A program made the translations under genes and the position numbers. This document shows positions 38,961 to 48,910 of a stretch of 64,000 nucleotides of DNA, piece by piece (the stretch's first letter is position 1; each line of letters starts with the position of its first letter). The notes beneath the pieces were generated by a model that was not told the origin of the DNA, did no database searches, and saw nothing but the letters and a program-made list of their open reading frames with translations. The stretch is taken from positions 95,752 through 159,751 of the forward strand of contig JAFSVJ010000028.1 in assembly GCA_017445025.1 (NCBI GenBank), read 5' to 3'. The stretch is from Abditibacteriota bacterium. Lineage in GTDB: Bacteria; Armatimonadota; UBA5829.

Positions 38961-39088
38961 ACTAAAGTATCTATCCACCATAGCCCACCTTAAAAATTAG
39001 GGCCCGGTAACCTAAGTGGTGCGAACCACCACAAGTTTGATTTTCTATTTTTTGATTATTGATTTTAAATTTGCCATTGGCAAATTTA

Positions 39089-39316
39089 TTATTTCACGGG
39101 GTCATCTCCCCCTTTTGACCATGGGTTGCAACGAATTATTCGCCATATTCCCAATAAAGAGCCTTTAAGAACTCCATATTTTTCAATAGCTTGAGCCGTA
39201 TATTCGGAACAAGTGGGATGAAAACGACAAGTTGGTGGCAAAAACTTTCTTGAAAAAGGTTGATAACATCGTCTTATAAGAAAAAGACAAAATTTCTTAA
39301 TCACCTGTGACCCCAT
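39089..39316 (-). CDS. yidD: Membrane protein insertion efficiency factor YidD
   Basis: '[19 protein letters not shown]…[16 protein letters not shown]'. Confidence 0.85.
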   Translation of the reverse strand: MGSQVIKKFCLFLIRRCYQPFSRKFLPPTCRFHPTCSEYTAQAIEKYGVLKGSLLGIWRIIRCNPWSKGGDDPVK

Positions 39317-39644
39317 TTAAAATTCCGACTTTGCTTAATAGACTGTCCAAACTCATCTTTAACCTTCTATAGTCCTTTTCTTTTGCCCCCTTAAGAACTA
39401 CAATAACCGCTAAATATGGCTTCAAGACCTCAAGCTCAAGATAAATAATCTCCGAAAGCCTACGCTTTATTTTGTTTCTTTCACAGGATTTTCCGTATTT
39501 TTTGTTAATAGAAAAACCTACTTTAAAACAATAACTTTTCGGATAAAAGTAAAGAACAAAATCTTCATTTGCTACTTTTTTTCCTTTTCTGTAAACAAAC
39601 GAAAACTCTCTGTCCTTTCTGATACGATTTTCTTTACAAAGCAA
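39297..39644 (-). CDS. rnpA: Ribonuclease P protein component
   Basis: Basic protein in the rpmH-rnpA context ('[24 protein letters not shown]'). Confidence 0.85.
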   Translation of the reverse strand: MLCKENRIRKDREFSFVYRKGKKVANEDFVLYFYPKSYCFKVGFSINKKYGKSCERNKIKRRLSEIIYLELEVLKPYLAVIVVLKGAKEKDYRRLKMSLDSLLSKVGILNGVTGD

Positions 39645-39719
39645 ATCTAAACCTTATATTAAATACTTAAAAAGTATGGAAATATCATCGTGGTATGATC
39701 TCATACCACGCAATAAAGA

Positions 39720-39854
39720 TTAAACGGTCAGTGACCATCTTCCTTTTTGGCGTCTGTTGGCAAGGACTTTTCGCCCACCCTTAGAAGCCATTCTTGCCAT
39801 AAAACCATGAACTCTGTGCATCTTACGGTTTTTGGGCTGATATGTTCTTTTCAT
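39720..39854 (-). CDS. rpmH: 50S ribosomal protein L34 (44 aa; not in the ORF track)
   Basis: Translation: [44 protein letters not shown]. Confidence 0.9.
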   Translation of the reverse strand: MKRTYQPKNRKMHRVHGFMARMASKGGRKVLANRRQKGRWSLTV

Positions 39855-40146
39855 TATAACCTCCATAAAAAGACAATCATTATAAATTATATCACAAATC
39901 GGGCTCTTTTGTCAAATTATACAAAAAAACTACCTGTTAATAATATAAAAAAACCACATCTAATGTCTCTAACAAATTAAATTTTCTCTAAAAATTGTAT
40001 ATTAATATAAAAATGTAGTATAATAATATTAGGTGTATTAAATTTAAAAATTATTAATTATATTTTTATTCATATTTATAGAAAATAACTTGTTTATATT
40101 AGGTGTCACTTTTTATAATCTATTGACATATTAATAGGAGGCTTTT

Positions 40147-41874
40147 ATGGAGCTTTTACATAACAGATATGAAATAATTAAAAGGCTTAGCGATACCACC
40201 GTCTGTGAAGTCTATTTGTGTAAAGATAACACAAACGACACTTCCGTCAGTGTTTACAAAGTCAAGTCTTCCTTTATGCAGGATGTTTCTTTTGTAAACG
40301 GTTTGACACAGGGTATTATTGATTGCAGAGACCTTAATCATGCAAATACACTAAAATTTATAGATGTGGATACTGACCCGGATAACGAAAGTATTATCTA
40401 TGTTTACGAATATGCCGACGGTGTTTCTCTTAAAGAAGTTTTTGCCAGACAAGCCAAACTGCCATTGCAAAAATCCATAGAAATTGCGGTTAACGTCCTT
40501 CAATCCCTTGACAATGCTCACTTAATGGGAATTTGTCACGGAGACCTTTACACTGATGATGTTTTTATCACCCAGGATGGTCATGTTAAAGTTCGTGGTT
40601 TCGGTAGAAAAGACGGTATAGAGCAATCTTCCATTGCCAAAGAACACCTATCTCTTGAAACCATAAGATACCAATCTCCGGAAGTATTAGAAAACCAAGG
40701 CCTATATGAATCCAGTGACGTTTACTCTGTAGGTGTAATTCTCTATCAAATGCTCACGGGACGATTGCCCTTTGACGGAAATACCTCCGTTGAAATTGCT
40801 ACCAAAATATTAAGAGATGCTCCACTATCACCGAGAATGATTAACAGAGACCTTTCCGCTTCTCTCTCATCTCTTATTCTTGAATCCATTAACAAAGAAT
40901 ACAACGCTCGTGTAGGCACAGCATCCCTCTTTATCTCAAGATTAACAGACGCACTGAGAGGATACAAGCAAGGAGAATACTCAGCACCAAAAGAACATAT
41001 TGCCATAAAACAAGAAACGGGAAAAGACAAAAAATCAGTTATTCCCATGCTCCTTGTTTTGTTTGTGGTAGCTTGTGTCTTAACCGCAGCCATTACGGTT
41101 GTAGCAATAAACGGTAAAAAGATGCAAACCCCTAATCTCATAGGATTAACAGAAGAAGAAGCTATCAACAAGCTCCAAGGGCTTAAATTAGGCTTTAACA
41201 AAGGAGAAGACAGATTCTCCACAGACTATGGTGCAGGTGTGATTTGTGACCAAAGCCCAAAAGCCGGAGAAAAAATAGGTAAAAAAGAAAAAGTTGAATA
41301 TTACCTTAGCAAGGGTGCTCCGGAAATCAAAATGCCTTATATCATAGGTCTTGATTATGAAACAGCAAAAGAAAAGTTATCTATGGGTAATTTCACCATT
41401 GAATTAAAAGAAGAATTTTCAAACTCCGTTCCCGACGGATCGGTTATAAGCACATCTCCGGAAACCGGTGTTACCTTGAGCAACGGTGCTCCAATTACCA
41501 TTACAATTTCCAAGGGTTCAGGCGGAGGCTCTTACACCAGCAGCGGAACAACCTCAGGCAGAATTAATTACGGAAATTCCGAAACAGGCGCTCCCACATA
41601 CACAGGTGATAACCCGGAAGGAAACGACTCTGAAGACAGACCAAGAAGAAGTTCAAAACAGGGCAAAAAAGTATCTTCTCAGGGTTCCGACACTCCCACA
41701 GAGACAACTACTTCAAAGAAAACCGATGAAGGAAAAACTTCAACCAAAAAAGAAGAAGCAAAAGTTGATACTCCCAAGCCTCAACCTAAGGAAACATCCA
41801 AACCTTCCGAAAGTCACAGTTCCTACTCTTCTTCCGGAGGCTCTACACCCGACGCAACAGTTGATTTTGAATAA
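40147..41874 (+). CDS. Ser/Thr protein-kinase-like protein with a transmembrane segment and PASTA repeats. The catalytic motifs are degenerate, so it is likely a pseudokinase.
   Basis: HGD in place of HRD, 'GFG' in place of DFG, APE-like 'SPE'. Two PASTA-like repeats after the transmembrane segment, followed by a low-complexity Ser/Thr/Pro tail. Confidence 0.6.
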   Translation: MELLHNRYEIIKRLSDTTVCEVYLCKDNTNDTSVSVYKVKSSFMQDVSFVNGLTQGIIDCRDLNHANTLKFIDVDTDPDNESIIYVYEYADGVSLKEVFARQAKLPLQKSIEIAVNVLQSLDNAHLMGICHGDLYTDDVFITQDGHVKVRGFGRKDGIEQSSIAKEHLSLETIRYQSPEVLENQGLYESSDVYSVGVILYQMLTGRLPFDGNTSVEIATKILRDAPLSPRMINRDLSASLSSLILESINKEYNARVGTASLFISRLTDALRGYKQGEYSAPKEHIAIKQETGKDKKSVIPMLLVLFVVACVLTAAITVVAINGKKMQTPNLIGLTEEEAINKLQGLKLGFNKGEDRFSTDYGAGVICDQSPKAGEKIGKKEKVEYYLSKGAPEIKMPYIIGLDYETAKEKLSMGNFTIELKEEFSNSVPDGSVISTSPETGVTLSNGAPITITISKGSGGGSYTSSGTTSGRINYGNSETGAPTYTGDNPEGNDSEDRPRRSSKQGKKVSSQGSDTPTETTTSKKTDEGKTSTKKEEAKVDTPKPQPKETSKPSESHSSYSSSGGSTPDATVDFE

Positions 41875-41889
41875 AAACAGGATATATTT

Positions 41890-42546
41890 ATGAAAAATAT
41901 TATTATAATGCCTTCAATTTTAAGTGCGGATTTCAGCATAATGAAGGAACAATTAAATGATGTAAAGCAAGCAGGAGCAGACGCTATTCACTGCGACATT
42001 ATGGACGGACATTTTGTGCCTAACATAACTTTCGGACCGGGATTTATAGAAGCTTGTGCAAAGGTATGCGACTTGCCTTTTTATGTACACCTTATGATTG
42101 AAAATCCTGATCAATACTTGGCAGCCTTTGCCAAACCGAAAAATGTAGTTGAAATAGGAGTTCACGAAGAAGCTTGTGTTCATCTCCACAGAACCGTTCA
42201 AAACATAAAAGCCCTTGGCAAGAGAGCTTGTGTGGCTCTTAACCCCCACACTCCCGCCTCTAATTTGGATTATATTCTTGATGACCTTGACGCTGTTTTG
42301 GTTATGACAGTAAACCCGGGCTTCGGTGGTCAAAAGTTCATAGAATCACAGCTCCGTAAAATAGAAGAAATCCGTAAGGAAGCGGACAGGCGAGGACTGG
42401 ACCTGGACATTCAAGTAGACGGTGGTGTGGACGGTATCACCAGCAAGAAAATTGCTGTCGCCGGTGCCAATATGTTTGTGGCAGGCTCCTATGTCTTTAC
42501 CAACAAAACTCTGTCTATGAAAGAAGCCATTAAAAGTTTGAGATAA
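41890..42546 (+). CDS. rpe: Ribulose-phosphate 3-epimerase
   Basis: 'MPSILSADFSIMKEQLNDVKQAGADAIHCDIMDGHFVPNITFGP'. Confidence 0.9.
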   Translation: MKNIIIMPSILSADFSIMKEQLNDVKQAGADAIHCDIMDGHFVPNITFGPGFIEACAKVCDLPFYVHLMIENPDQYLAAFAKPKNVVEIGVHEEACVHLHRTVQNIKALGKRACVALNPHTPASNLDYILDDLDAVLVMTVNPGFGGQKFIESQLRKIEEIRKEADRRGLDLDIQVDGGVDGITSKKIAVAGANMFVAGSYVFTNKTLSMKEAIKSLR

Positions 42547-42548
42547 AA

Positions 42549-42923
42549 ATGAATTACGCCCTAAGTTCAATAATAACCATGCTCTTTGGCATTTTAGGAG
42601 GCATATTCTCTTTGGTGTTTTTTGCCATTGAGTATGGAAAGTGGAAAAGAAAAGTAATTGCCATAAGTATGGAGCAAAAAATAATAAGAAGTGTTTCTTT
42701 TATTTTTATGCTTTTAATCTTTGGAGGAATTTTCCTTTTCGGTTTCTTTGGAATGGGAGGGCAAAAAAAAGTAGCTCTTGTGACTTTTCTGTTGGTTTTG
42801 ATATTGATTTTGTTTTTGCTTATTAATCTCTCCGTAGATTTGATTTTAACAAGAAAAAAGAAATATTTTCTCAAAAAAGAAGATTTTCAAAAATGTCTTT
42901 TTAACAGAGATTTAAAAGATTAA
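42549..42923 (+). CDS. Small membrane protein, hypothetical
   Basis: Three predicted transmembrane segments. Confidence 0.4.
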   Translation: MNYALSSIITMLFGILGGIFSLVFFAIEYGKWKRKVIAISMEQKIIRSVSFIFMLLIFGGIFLFGFFGMGGQKKVALVTFLLVLILILFLLINLSVDLILTRKKKYFLKKEDFQKCLFNRDLKD

Positions 42924-42925
42924 CC

Positions 42926-43984
42926 ATGAACAAAGATTTTATGCTCTATGCTATAGATATGGCAAAACAATATTTGCCAAGCCCCAATCCTCGTGTAGGA
43001 TGTGTTATAGTAAAAGATGACAACATAATAGGTTTCGGTGCCCACATCAAAGCAGGAGAAGCCCACGCTGAAGTGAATGCTGTTAACTCTTGCACAGAAT
43101 CCACAAAGGGAGCAGATGTCTACGTCACATTAGAACCTTGTTCTCACTTTGGAAAAACTCCACCTTGTGCGGATATGCTTTGCAAATTAGGCATAAAAAA
43201 TGTTTACATTGGAATGAAAGACCCGGATGAAAAAGTATCCGGGAAAGGTATTGAAAAACTAAAAGCCGCAGGTATAAATGTTGTTGTGGGAATTTGCGAA
43301 GAAGAATGCAGAGAAATGAATAAGGGGTATATTAAACACAGAACTACAGGCTTGCCTTACATTGTTCTCAAATCAGCCATGACCTTAGACGGTAAAATCG
43401 CCACAAGGAGTGGAGACTCCAAATGGATAACCAGTGCGGAAGCTCTCTCTTTCTCTCACAAACAAAGGAAAGAATCCGACGCCATTATGGTAGGAGGAAA
43501 CACAGAAAAGGAAGACAATCCTACCCTAACGGCACGTTGTGAAACCGTCACCTACCCCAACAGAATAGTTTTAACAAGTCGCAAAATAAACAAAAATGCC
43601 AATATTTTCACAGTCCCGGGAAAAGTTTTTATTTGTTCTCTTTTAGGGGATTTTAAAGAAGAAAAAGAAAATAACGGTATTTGTGAAATTGTTCATGTGA
43701 CAGCCAAAAATCTTGTGGATTTGTTGAAATACTTTGCCTCTTGCGGTATAATGAGATTGTTAGTCGAAGGCGGAGGCACTTTGGTAGGCTCTTTTCTCAA
43801 AGAAAAATTAGGAGATGAATTGATGCTCTATTACGGAGCAAAAATCATTGGTGATGCGGGAGCAGTGTGTGGCATCTCAAACATCTCAGTTGATAAATTA
43901 AGCGACGCCATAAATGTGGAAATTGTAGATATTATTAAATTTAGAAAGGATTTTGTGGTTAAAGCCAAACCTATATTTAAGTAA
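42926..43984 (+). CDS. ribD: Bifunctional riboflavin biosynthesis deaminase/reductase
   Basis: 'HAEVNAV…TLEPCSHFGKTPPC' deaminase zinc motif. Confidence 0.85.
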   Translation: MNKDFMLYAIDMAKQYLPSPNPRVGCVIVKDDNIIGFGAHIKAGEAHAEVNAVNSCTESTKGADVYVTLEPCSHFGKTPPCADMLCKLGIKNVYIGMKDPDEKVSGKGIEKLKAAGINVVVGICEEECREMNKGYIKHRTTGLPYIVLKSAMTLDGKIATRSGDSKWITSAEALSFSHKQRKESDAIMVGGNTEKEDNPTLTARCETVTYPNRIVLTSRKINKNANIFTVPGKVFICSLLGDFKEEKENNGICEIVHVTAKNLVDLLKYFASCGIMRLLVEGGGTLVGSFLKEKLGDELMLYYGAKIIGDAGAVCGISNISVDKLSDAINVEIVDIIKFRKDFVVKAKPIFK

Positions 43985-44614
43985 ATGTTTACCGGAATAG
44001 TTGAAGAAATAGGAAAAATAGCTTCAATTAATGTTGGAGTTGTTTATGATTTAATTATAAAATGCCCCATAACGGCACCAAAATGCTCCATAGGTGACAG
44101 CGTAGCCGTAAACGGTATATGTCTTACTGTGACAAAAATAAAAGGTGATTTACTCTCTTTTAATGCCGTGAGAGAAACCATAAGCAGAACCTCTTTAAAA
44201 GAATTAAAAGTGGGAAGTGAAATAAACCTTGAAACTGCTCTGACTTTATCTAAACCCATAGGAGGCCATTTGGTTTCAGGTCATATTGACGGAGTGGGAT
44301 TAATTTCAAACATTCTCAATGTTGGTGACTCAAAGGAAATAACCTTTTCTGCGGGAAAAGATATTTTAAAATATATTATAGAAAAAGGATCTGTTTGTAT
44401 TGACGGGATATCCTTGACTGTAGCATCGGTCTCTTCGGACAGTTTTAAAGTTGCCTTTATACCGCACACCCTTGAAAATACTTCCCTTAAAAGCAAAGGC
44501 ATTGGTTCAAATGTCAATATCGAATGTGATATAATAGGAAAATATGTGGAAAAATTACTCAACAAAAGTAGTGAAAAATCACTGATTGATTTATTGAAAG
44601 AAAACGGATTTTAA
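43985..44614 (+). CDS. ribE: Riboflavin synthase alpha subunit
   Basis: 'MFTGIVEEIGKI'. Confidence 0.85.
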   Translation: MFTGIVEEIGKIASINVGVVYDLIIKCPITAPKCSIGDSVAVNGICLTVTKIKGDLLSFNAVRETISRTSLKELKVGSEINLETALTLSKPIGGHLVSGHIDGVGLISNILNVGDSKEITFSAGKDILKYIIEKGSVCIDGISLTVASVSSDSFKVAFIPHTLENTSLKSKGIGSNVNIECDIIGKYVEKLLNKSSEKSLIDLLKENGF

Positions 44615-44748
44615 TGGATTTTATAATAAATGATTTTGAATTTGCGACAATAGAAGATGCAATTAAAGATATACAACAAGGTAAAATGTTAATTTTTAAA
44701 ATCACAAATCACCAAAAAGATCAATTTTTCGCAAGAAATATGGAATGA
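44614..44748 (+). pseudogene. Duplicated 5' fragment of ribBA (first 27 codons) that reads into the inserted MITE and terminates.
   Basis: 'MDFIINDFEFATIEDAIKDIQQGKMLI' is about 90% identical to the true ribBA start at 44913. Confidence 0.6.
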
Positions 44749-44909
44749 AGTCGTCGACCGTAGACTCGGAACAAAATGTTTTTTTTCAAGGCATTAGCCA
44801 TTGATAAAATGTTATTATGTGAGAATCGTCAGGAAGACACGGAAAGACATATTTCGTTAAGCGAAAAAATAGAGATTTTTAGGGGAGTTGGGTTTTTAAA
44901 AATAAAAAA
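44695..44909 (+). mobile_element. MITE-like element (~215 bp) inserted at the ribE/ribBA junction and flanked by ~84-bp direct repeats (44611..44694 and 44910..44993).
   Basis: Direct repeats read from the sequence. The insert is homologous to 23055..23271 and 4483..4702 ('GAAGTCGTCGACCGTAGACTCGG', 'GAGAATCGTCAGGAAGACACGGAAAG'). Confidence 0.7.
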
Positions 44910-44912
44910 TTA

Positions 44913-46130
44913 ATGGATTTAATAATGAATAATTTTGAATTTGCGACAATAGAAGATGCAATTAAAGATATACAACAAGGTAAAATGTTAATCGTTGCTG
45001 ATGATGAAGATCGAGAAAACGAAGGCGATTTCATAATGGCTGCGGAAAAAATAACCCCTGCAGATGTAAATTTTATAACAAAATACGGAAGGGGATTGGT
45101 TTGTTGCCCAACCACAGGAGAAAGATTGGAAGAATTAAAACTTCCTATGATGGTTCAAAACAATACAGCTCCTTTAGGAACAGCTTTTACAGTAAGTGTA
45201 GACGCTCTCAAAGGAACAACCACAGGAATTTCTTGCAATGACAGAGCCATAACCCTAAATGCTATGGCAAATCCAAACACTAAGCCTGAGGATTTGGGAC
45301 GTCCCGGTCATATTCACCCTCTCAAAGCCAAGGATGGGGGCGTGTTGGCAAGAGCGGGACATACGGAAGCTGTGGTTGACCTGTGTAAATTGGCAGGTTT
45401 ACATCCCACCGGTGTCTTATGCGAAATACTTAAAGAGGACGGCACTATGGCAAGGGTGCCGGATTTGATTGAAATATCAAAAAAATTTAATTTAAAATTT
45501 ATAACCATTGCAGAAATAATCAAATACAGACGAAAACACGAAAAACTGGTAAAGAGATCTGCGGAATGTCACCTTCCTACCGAATATGGAGATTTTAATA
45601 TGATTGCATACGAAACATCCATAGAAGCAGACCCCTATATAGCTTTAACAATAGGAAATATAGCTGACGGTGAACCTTGTTTGGTTCGGGTTCACTCAGG
45701 ATGTTTTACCGGCGATGTTTTAGGCTCAAAACGATGTGATTGCGGTGACCAACTACACAAATCAATGGAAATGATTGCAAAGGAAGGCAAAGGAGTTGTG
45801 GTTTATATTCAACACCACGAAGGACGAGGGATTGGCCTTATAAATAAATGCAAAGCTTACAAACTGCAAGAAAAGGGAAGAGACACTGTAGACGCCAATT
45901 TAGAATTGGGCTTTCCCGCAGATATGAGAGATTACTCATTAGGCGCACAAGTCTTAATGGACTTAGGCGTCACAAAAATGAGACTTTTAACTAATAACCC
46001 AAAGAAATATGTTGGACTTTCCGGATACGGATTGGAAATAGTGGAAAGAGTGCCTATTGTAATAAAACCAAATGAAATTAATAAAGATTATTTGGAAACA
46101 AAGAAAGAGAGAATGGGACACTTATTGTAA
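44913..46130 (+). CDS. ribBA: Bifunctional 3,4-dihydroxy-2-butanone-4-phosphate synthase / GTP cyclohydrolase II
   Basis: 'RENEGDFIMAAE', 'RVHSGCFTGDVLGSKRCDCG'. Confidence 0.9.
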   Translation: MDLIMNNFEFATIEDAIKDIQQGKMLIVADDEDRENEGDFIMAAEKITPADVNFITKYGRGLVCCPTTGERLEELKLPMMVQNNTAPLGTAFTVSVDALKGTTTGISCNDRAITLNAMANPNTKPEDLGRPGHIHPLKAKDGGVLARAGHTEAVVDLCKLAGLHPTGVLCEILKEDGTMARVPDLIEISKKFNLKFITIAEIIKYRRKHEKLVKRSAECHLPTEYGDFNMIAYETSIEADPYIALTIGNIADGEPCLVRVHSGCFTGDVLGSKRCDCGDQLHKSMEMIAKEGKGVVVYIQHHEGRGIGLINKCKAYKLQEKGRDTVDANLELGFPADMRDYSLGAQVLMDLGVTKMRLLTNNPKKYVGLSGYGLEIVERVPIVIKPNEINKDYLETKKERMGHLL

Positions 46131-46147
46131 ATTATAATCAAATACAG

Positions 46148-46312
46148 AAAATCAAAAATCAAGAATTCCATTCCCCGGTCACTCCAAATCCCAAAAGTTG
46201 AGTTTACGAAACTATTAAGGATTTAGGGTTAAGGGGACAGATGCTAACTTTAAAGATCAACTCTAAAGTTTAGAGCCGATTTTTGATTATTGATTATTAA
46301 TTATTGATTTTT
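46148..46312. repeat. Composite repeat: AATCAAAAATCAAG-ended element carrying a divergent copy of the C/G-clamped element (46173-46239).
   Basis: Shares 'CTAACTTTAAAGATCAACTCTAAAGTTTAGAGCCG' with 26477-26510, and its ends match 13296. Confidence 0.5.
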
Positions 46313-46328
46313 AAAAACGAGGTGAAAT

Positions 46329-46787
46329 ATGATATTTGAAGGTAATTTTGATGCCAAAGGACTTAAATTTGCCATAGTATGTTCAAGATTTAATGAACTA
46401 ATTACAAGCAAACTTTTAGGCGGTGCTATGGATGCCATAAAAAGACATGGCGGTGTCAAGGAAGACATTGATGTGGCTTGGGTGCCCGGTTCCTTTGAAA
46501 TTCCTTTGATTGCAAAAAAAATGGCTGAAAGCGGAAATTATAACGCTGTTATTTGTTTGGGTGCGGTTATAAGAGGTGCTACGGGACATTATGATATGGT
46601 GGCTAACGAAATGACCAAAGGCATAGCACAAGCAAGTATGTCAACTGGAGTTCCGGTAATATTCGGAGTTTTGACCACAGATACAATAGAACAAGCCATT
46701 GAAAGAGCCGGAACTAAAAGCGGAAACAAGGGCTTTGATTGTGCCAATACAGCCATTGAAATGGCAAATTTAATCAAAAAATTATAA
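46329..46787 (+). CDS. ribH: 6,7-dimethyl-8-ribityllumazine synthase
   Basis: '[28 protein letters not shown]'. Confidence 0.9.
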   Translation: MIFEGNFDAKGLKFAIVCSRFNELITSKLLGGAMDAIKRHGGVKEDIDVAWVPGSFEIPLIAKKMAESGNYNAVICLGAVIRGATGHYDMVANEMTKGIAQASMSTGVPVIFGVLTTDTIEQAIERAGTKSGNKGFDCANTAIEMANLIKKL

Positions 46788-46825
46788 ATTATTCATTATT
46801 ACTAACAAAAAAAAGGGACAAAGCT

Positions 46826-47683
46826 ATGTTTACAAAATGTTATAAAGAATATTGTAACTTTCTCACAAGAGCAAGCAGAAGCGAATATTGGATATACACC
46901 ATTATAATGAGTCTTATCAACTCAATATTGTTAGCCATTGCAATATCTATTTTTGTTATATTAATTAAAAATGGAACAATAAACAATAATATGTCGGAAG
47001 AGGCTTTTGTAAGATTCTTTTTTACATCCCCTTATCTGTTAGTTTATATAGTTTTATCACTTATCAGTTCAATTATCACTTGTCCTTGGTATGCAGTGGC
47101 AGTTCGACGACTTCACGATATAGGCTATAACGCTTGGTGGCTTTTGATAAGTTGCATTCCTATCATAGGCGGAATTTGGTTTTTGGTTTTAACTCTTTTG
47201 CCGGGACAGAAGGAAGACAATCAATGGGGAGCAAACCCTCATAATGTTCCTTCAGAAAATATAGACCAAATCAGCAAATGCGGTTACTGTTTTAAGAAAG
47301 CTTTTGCCAAAACCTTTGATTACAGTTCAACCTCACCCATAGAAGAATATTACGGTTTCGGTTTTGTATTCTCTATTTTAATTACAATCTTTTTTATAAT
47401 TGCAACAATTATATCATATTTTGTAAATTTAAGTGCCGAACTTTGGCCCGTATATTACTGCTTTATTTTTATGTTAGTAGGTTTATGGATCTTAGAAACA
47501 CTGCTTCAAAGCATTCCCCTTATGGTCAGAAGATTGAGAGACGCAGGATTTTCACCCTATCTGGCTTTACTGCTTTTGCTCAATTGGAATATTGTCACAT
47601 ATATCTTAATGGTATTTTGCAGCCAGCCCACCAAACAAGCAGAGGAAACCAAAACCCCACCCTCTTATGACCAAAATATCTAA
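46826..47683 (+). CDS. DUF805-family membrane protein (two repeats)
   Basis: 'RRLHDIGYNAWW' and 'RRLRDAGFSPY' signatures. Confidence 0.65.
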   Translation: MFTKCYKEYCNFLTRASRSEYWIYTIIMSLINSILLAIAISIFVILIKNGTINNNMSEEAFVRFFFTSPYLLVYIVLSLISSIITCPWYAVAVRRLHDIGYNAWWLLISCIPIIGGIWFLVLTLLPGQKEDNQWGANPHNVPSENIDQISKCGYCFKKAFAKTFDYSSTSPIEEYYGFGFVFSILITIFFIIATIISYFVNLSAELWPVYYCFIFMLVGLWILETLLQSIPLMVRRLRDAGFSPYLALLLLLNWNIVTYILMVFCSQPTKQAEETKTPPSYDQNI

Positions 47684-47781
47684 ATGATTTGGACTTGTCT
47701 TATCTATGCTTTTCCTTGAAAACAGGATAAGAGAATTAATTTTGCTACGCAAAATGTGATTTTTTTCAAAAATCACTTATT

Positions 47782-47841
47782 CCCCCCGTCATTCACTACG
47801 TGAATGCCACCCCCCATTTTGCTTCGCAAAATAGGGGGACA
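47782..47841 (+). repeat. C/G-clamped double-hairpin element, copy 4.
   Basis: CCCCCCGTCATTCACTACGTGAATGCCACCCCCCATTTTGCTTCGCAAAATAGGGGGACA. Confidence 0.7.
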
Positions 47842-47893
47842 CATTTAGCGATTCCCTTTATAAAAAGGGGAAATAAAACAATGAGTTAATAAT

Positions 47894-48898
47894 ATGAAAA
47901 AAATACCTGTTATACTTGATATGGATCCGGGAGCAGACGACGCTCTTGCTATCCTTTTAGCGGTAAAGTCACAGGCTTTTGATATAAAAGGAATTACCAT
48001 TTGCGGTGGAAATGTTTCTTCCGACCAATGTGCTCGCAATGCGGCAAAAGTTCTCAACTTTCTAAAAGTTGATATTCCCATTTACAAAGGTTCCTACAGA
48101 CCTCTTACCGCCTCTCCGAAAATAAGTGATTATGTCCACGGCACAGATGGTTTGGGAAATATATCATCAAAATGGACATATAATGAGGACCTTATTAAAA
48201 AGATCTCTGCCACTGATTTTATTCTCGAAACTTTGGATAAGAATCCTAACCTTAAAATCATTGCCACAGGTCCTTTAACCAATATAGCAAAATGTATAAG
48301 CAAAAACAGACCTCTTATGTCTAAGCTTAAGCACCTTTATTGGATGGGTGGAGCATATACATGTGCGGGAAACGTAACCCCCGTAGGAGAGTTTAACGCC
48401 ATTTGCGACCCACAAGCTGCAAAAGAAGTTTTTAATTCCTATATTCCCATGACTGTTGTGGGCTTGGACGTTACAATGAAGCTTATGCTTCCGAAAGATA
48501 CTGTTGACACTCTTGCAAAAGAGGGAAACGAAACCGCAAAATTCTGCCGGGAAATACTTAAAGCCTATTTTTCATACTATACAACTTACACAAGCAAGCC
48601 GGAGTGTTGCCTCCACGACCCCTTGGCAGTATTGGTTTGCTTATACCCAAATATTATTTCCTACAGCAAAATATACAAAGTAGATGTAAGCCTTGAGGGT
48701 ATTACGGAAGGACAGACCATTATTGACAGACGCCCTTCTTACAAATGGCATAACAAAGATTTCCTTAAGTATTACGAAAAAGAAAAAGACAATTTCAAAA
48801 AATATGGCATAAATGAAAAAATGCCTACAACAAATATAGTATTGGATTTAGATTTTAAAAAAGCATTAGAAAAATTCATATCAATAGTATTTAAATAA
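47894..48898 (+). CDS. Inosine-uridine preferring nucleoside hydrolase family
   Basis: 'PVILDMDPGADDALAILLA' aspartate-cluster signature. Confidence 0.85.
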   Translation: MKKIPVILDMDPGADDALAILLAVKSQAFDIKGITICGGNVSSDQCARNAAKVLNFLKVDIPIYKGSYRPLTASPKISDYVHGTDGLGNISSKWTYNEDLIKKISATDFILETLDKNPNLKIIATGPLTNIAKCISKNRPLMSKLKHLYWMGGAYTCAGNVTPVGEFNAICDPQAAKEVFNSYIPMTVVGLDVTMKLMLPKDTVDTLAKEGNETAKFCREILKAYFSYYTTYTSKPECCLHDPLAVLVCLYPNIISYSKIYKVDVSLEGITEGQTIIDRRPSYKWHNKDFLKYYEKEKDNFKKYGINEKMPTTNIVLDLDFKKALEKFISIVFK

Positions 48899-48910
48899 GA
48901 GGTTAAAAAT

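Noticed and set aside
39855-40146. AT-rich ~290-bp region upstream of rpmH as a possible chromosomal origin (the rpmH-oriC-dnaA arrangement)
   Set aside because: No convincing clustered DnaA boxes (TTATCCACA or close variants) were found there, and dnaA is not adjacent. The gene on the other side is the kinase-like protein.
41700-44920. FMN riboswitch upstream of the riboflavin genes
   Set aside because: No stretch matching the conserved RFN core (for example the GGATGGGA or CAGGGTGAAATTCCC-type segments) could be found by eye. This needs a covariance-model scan to be certain.
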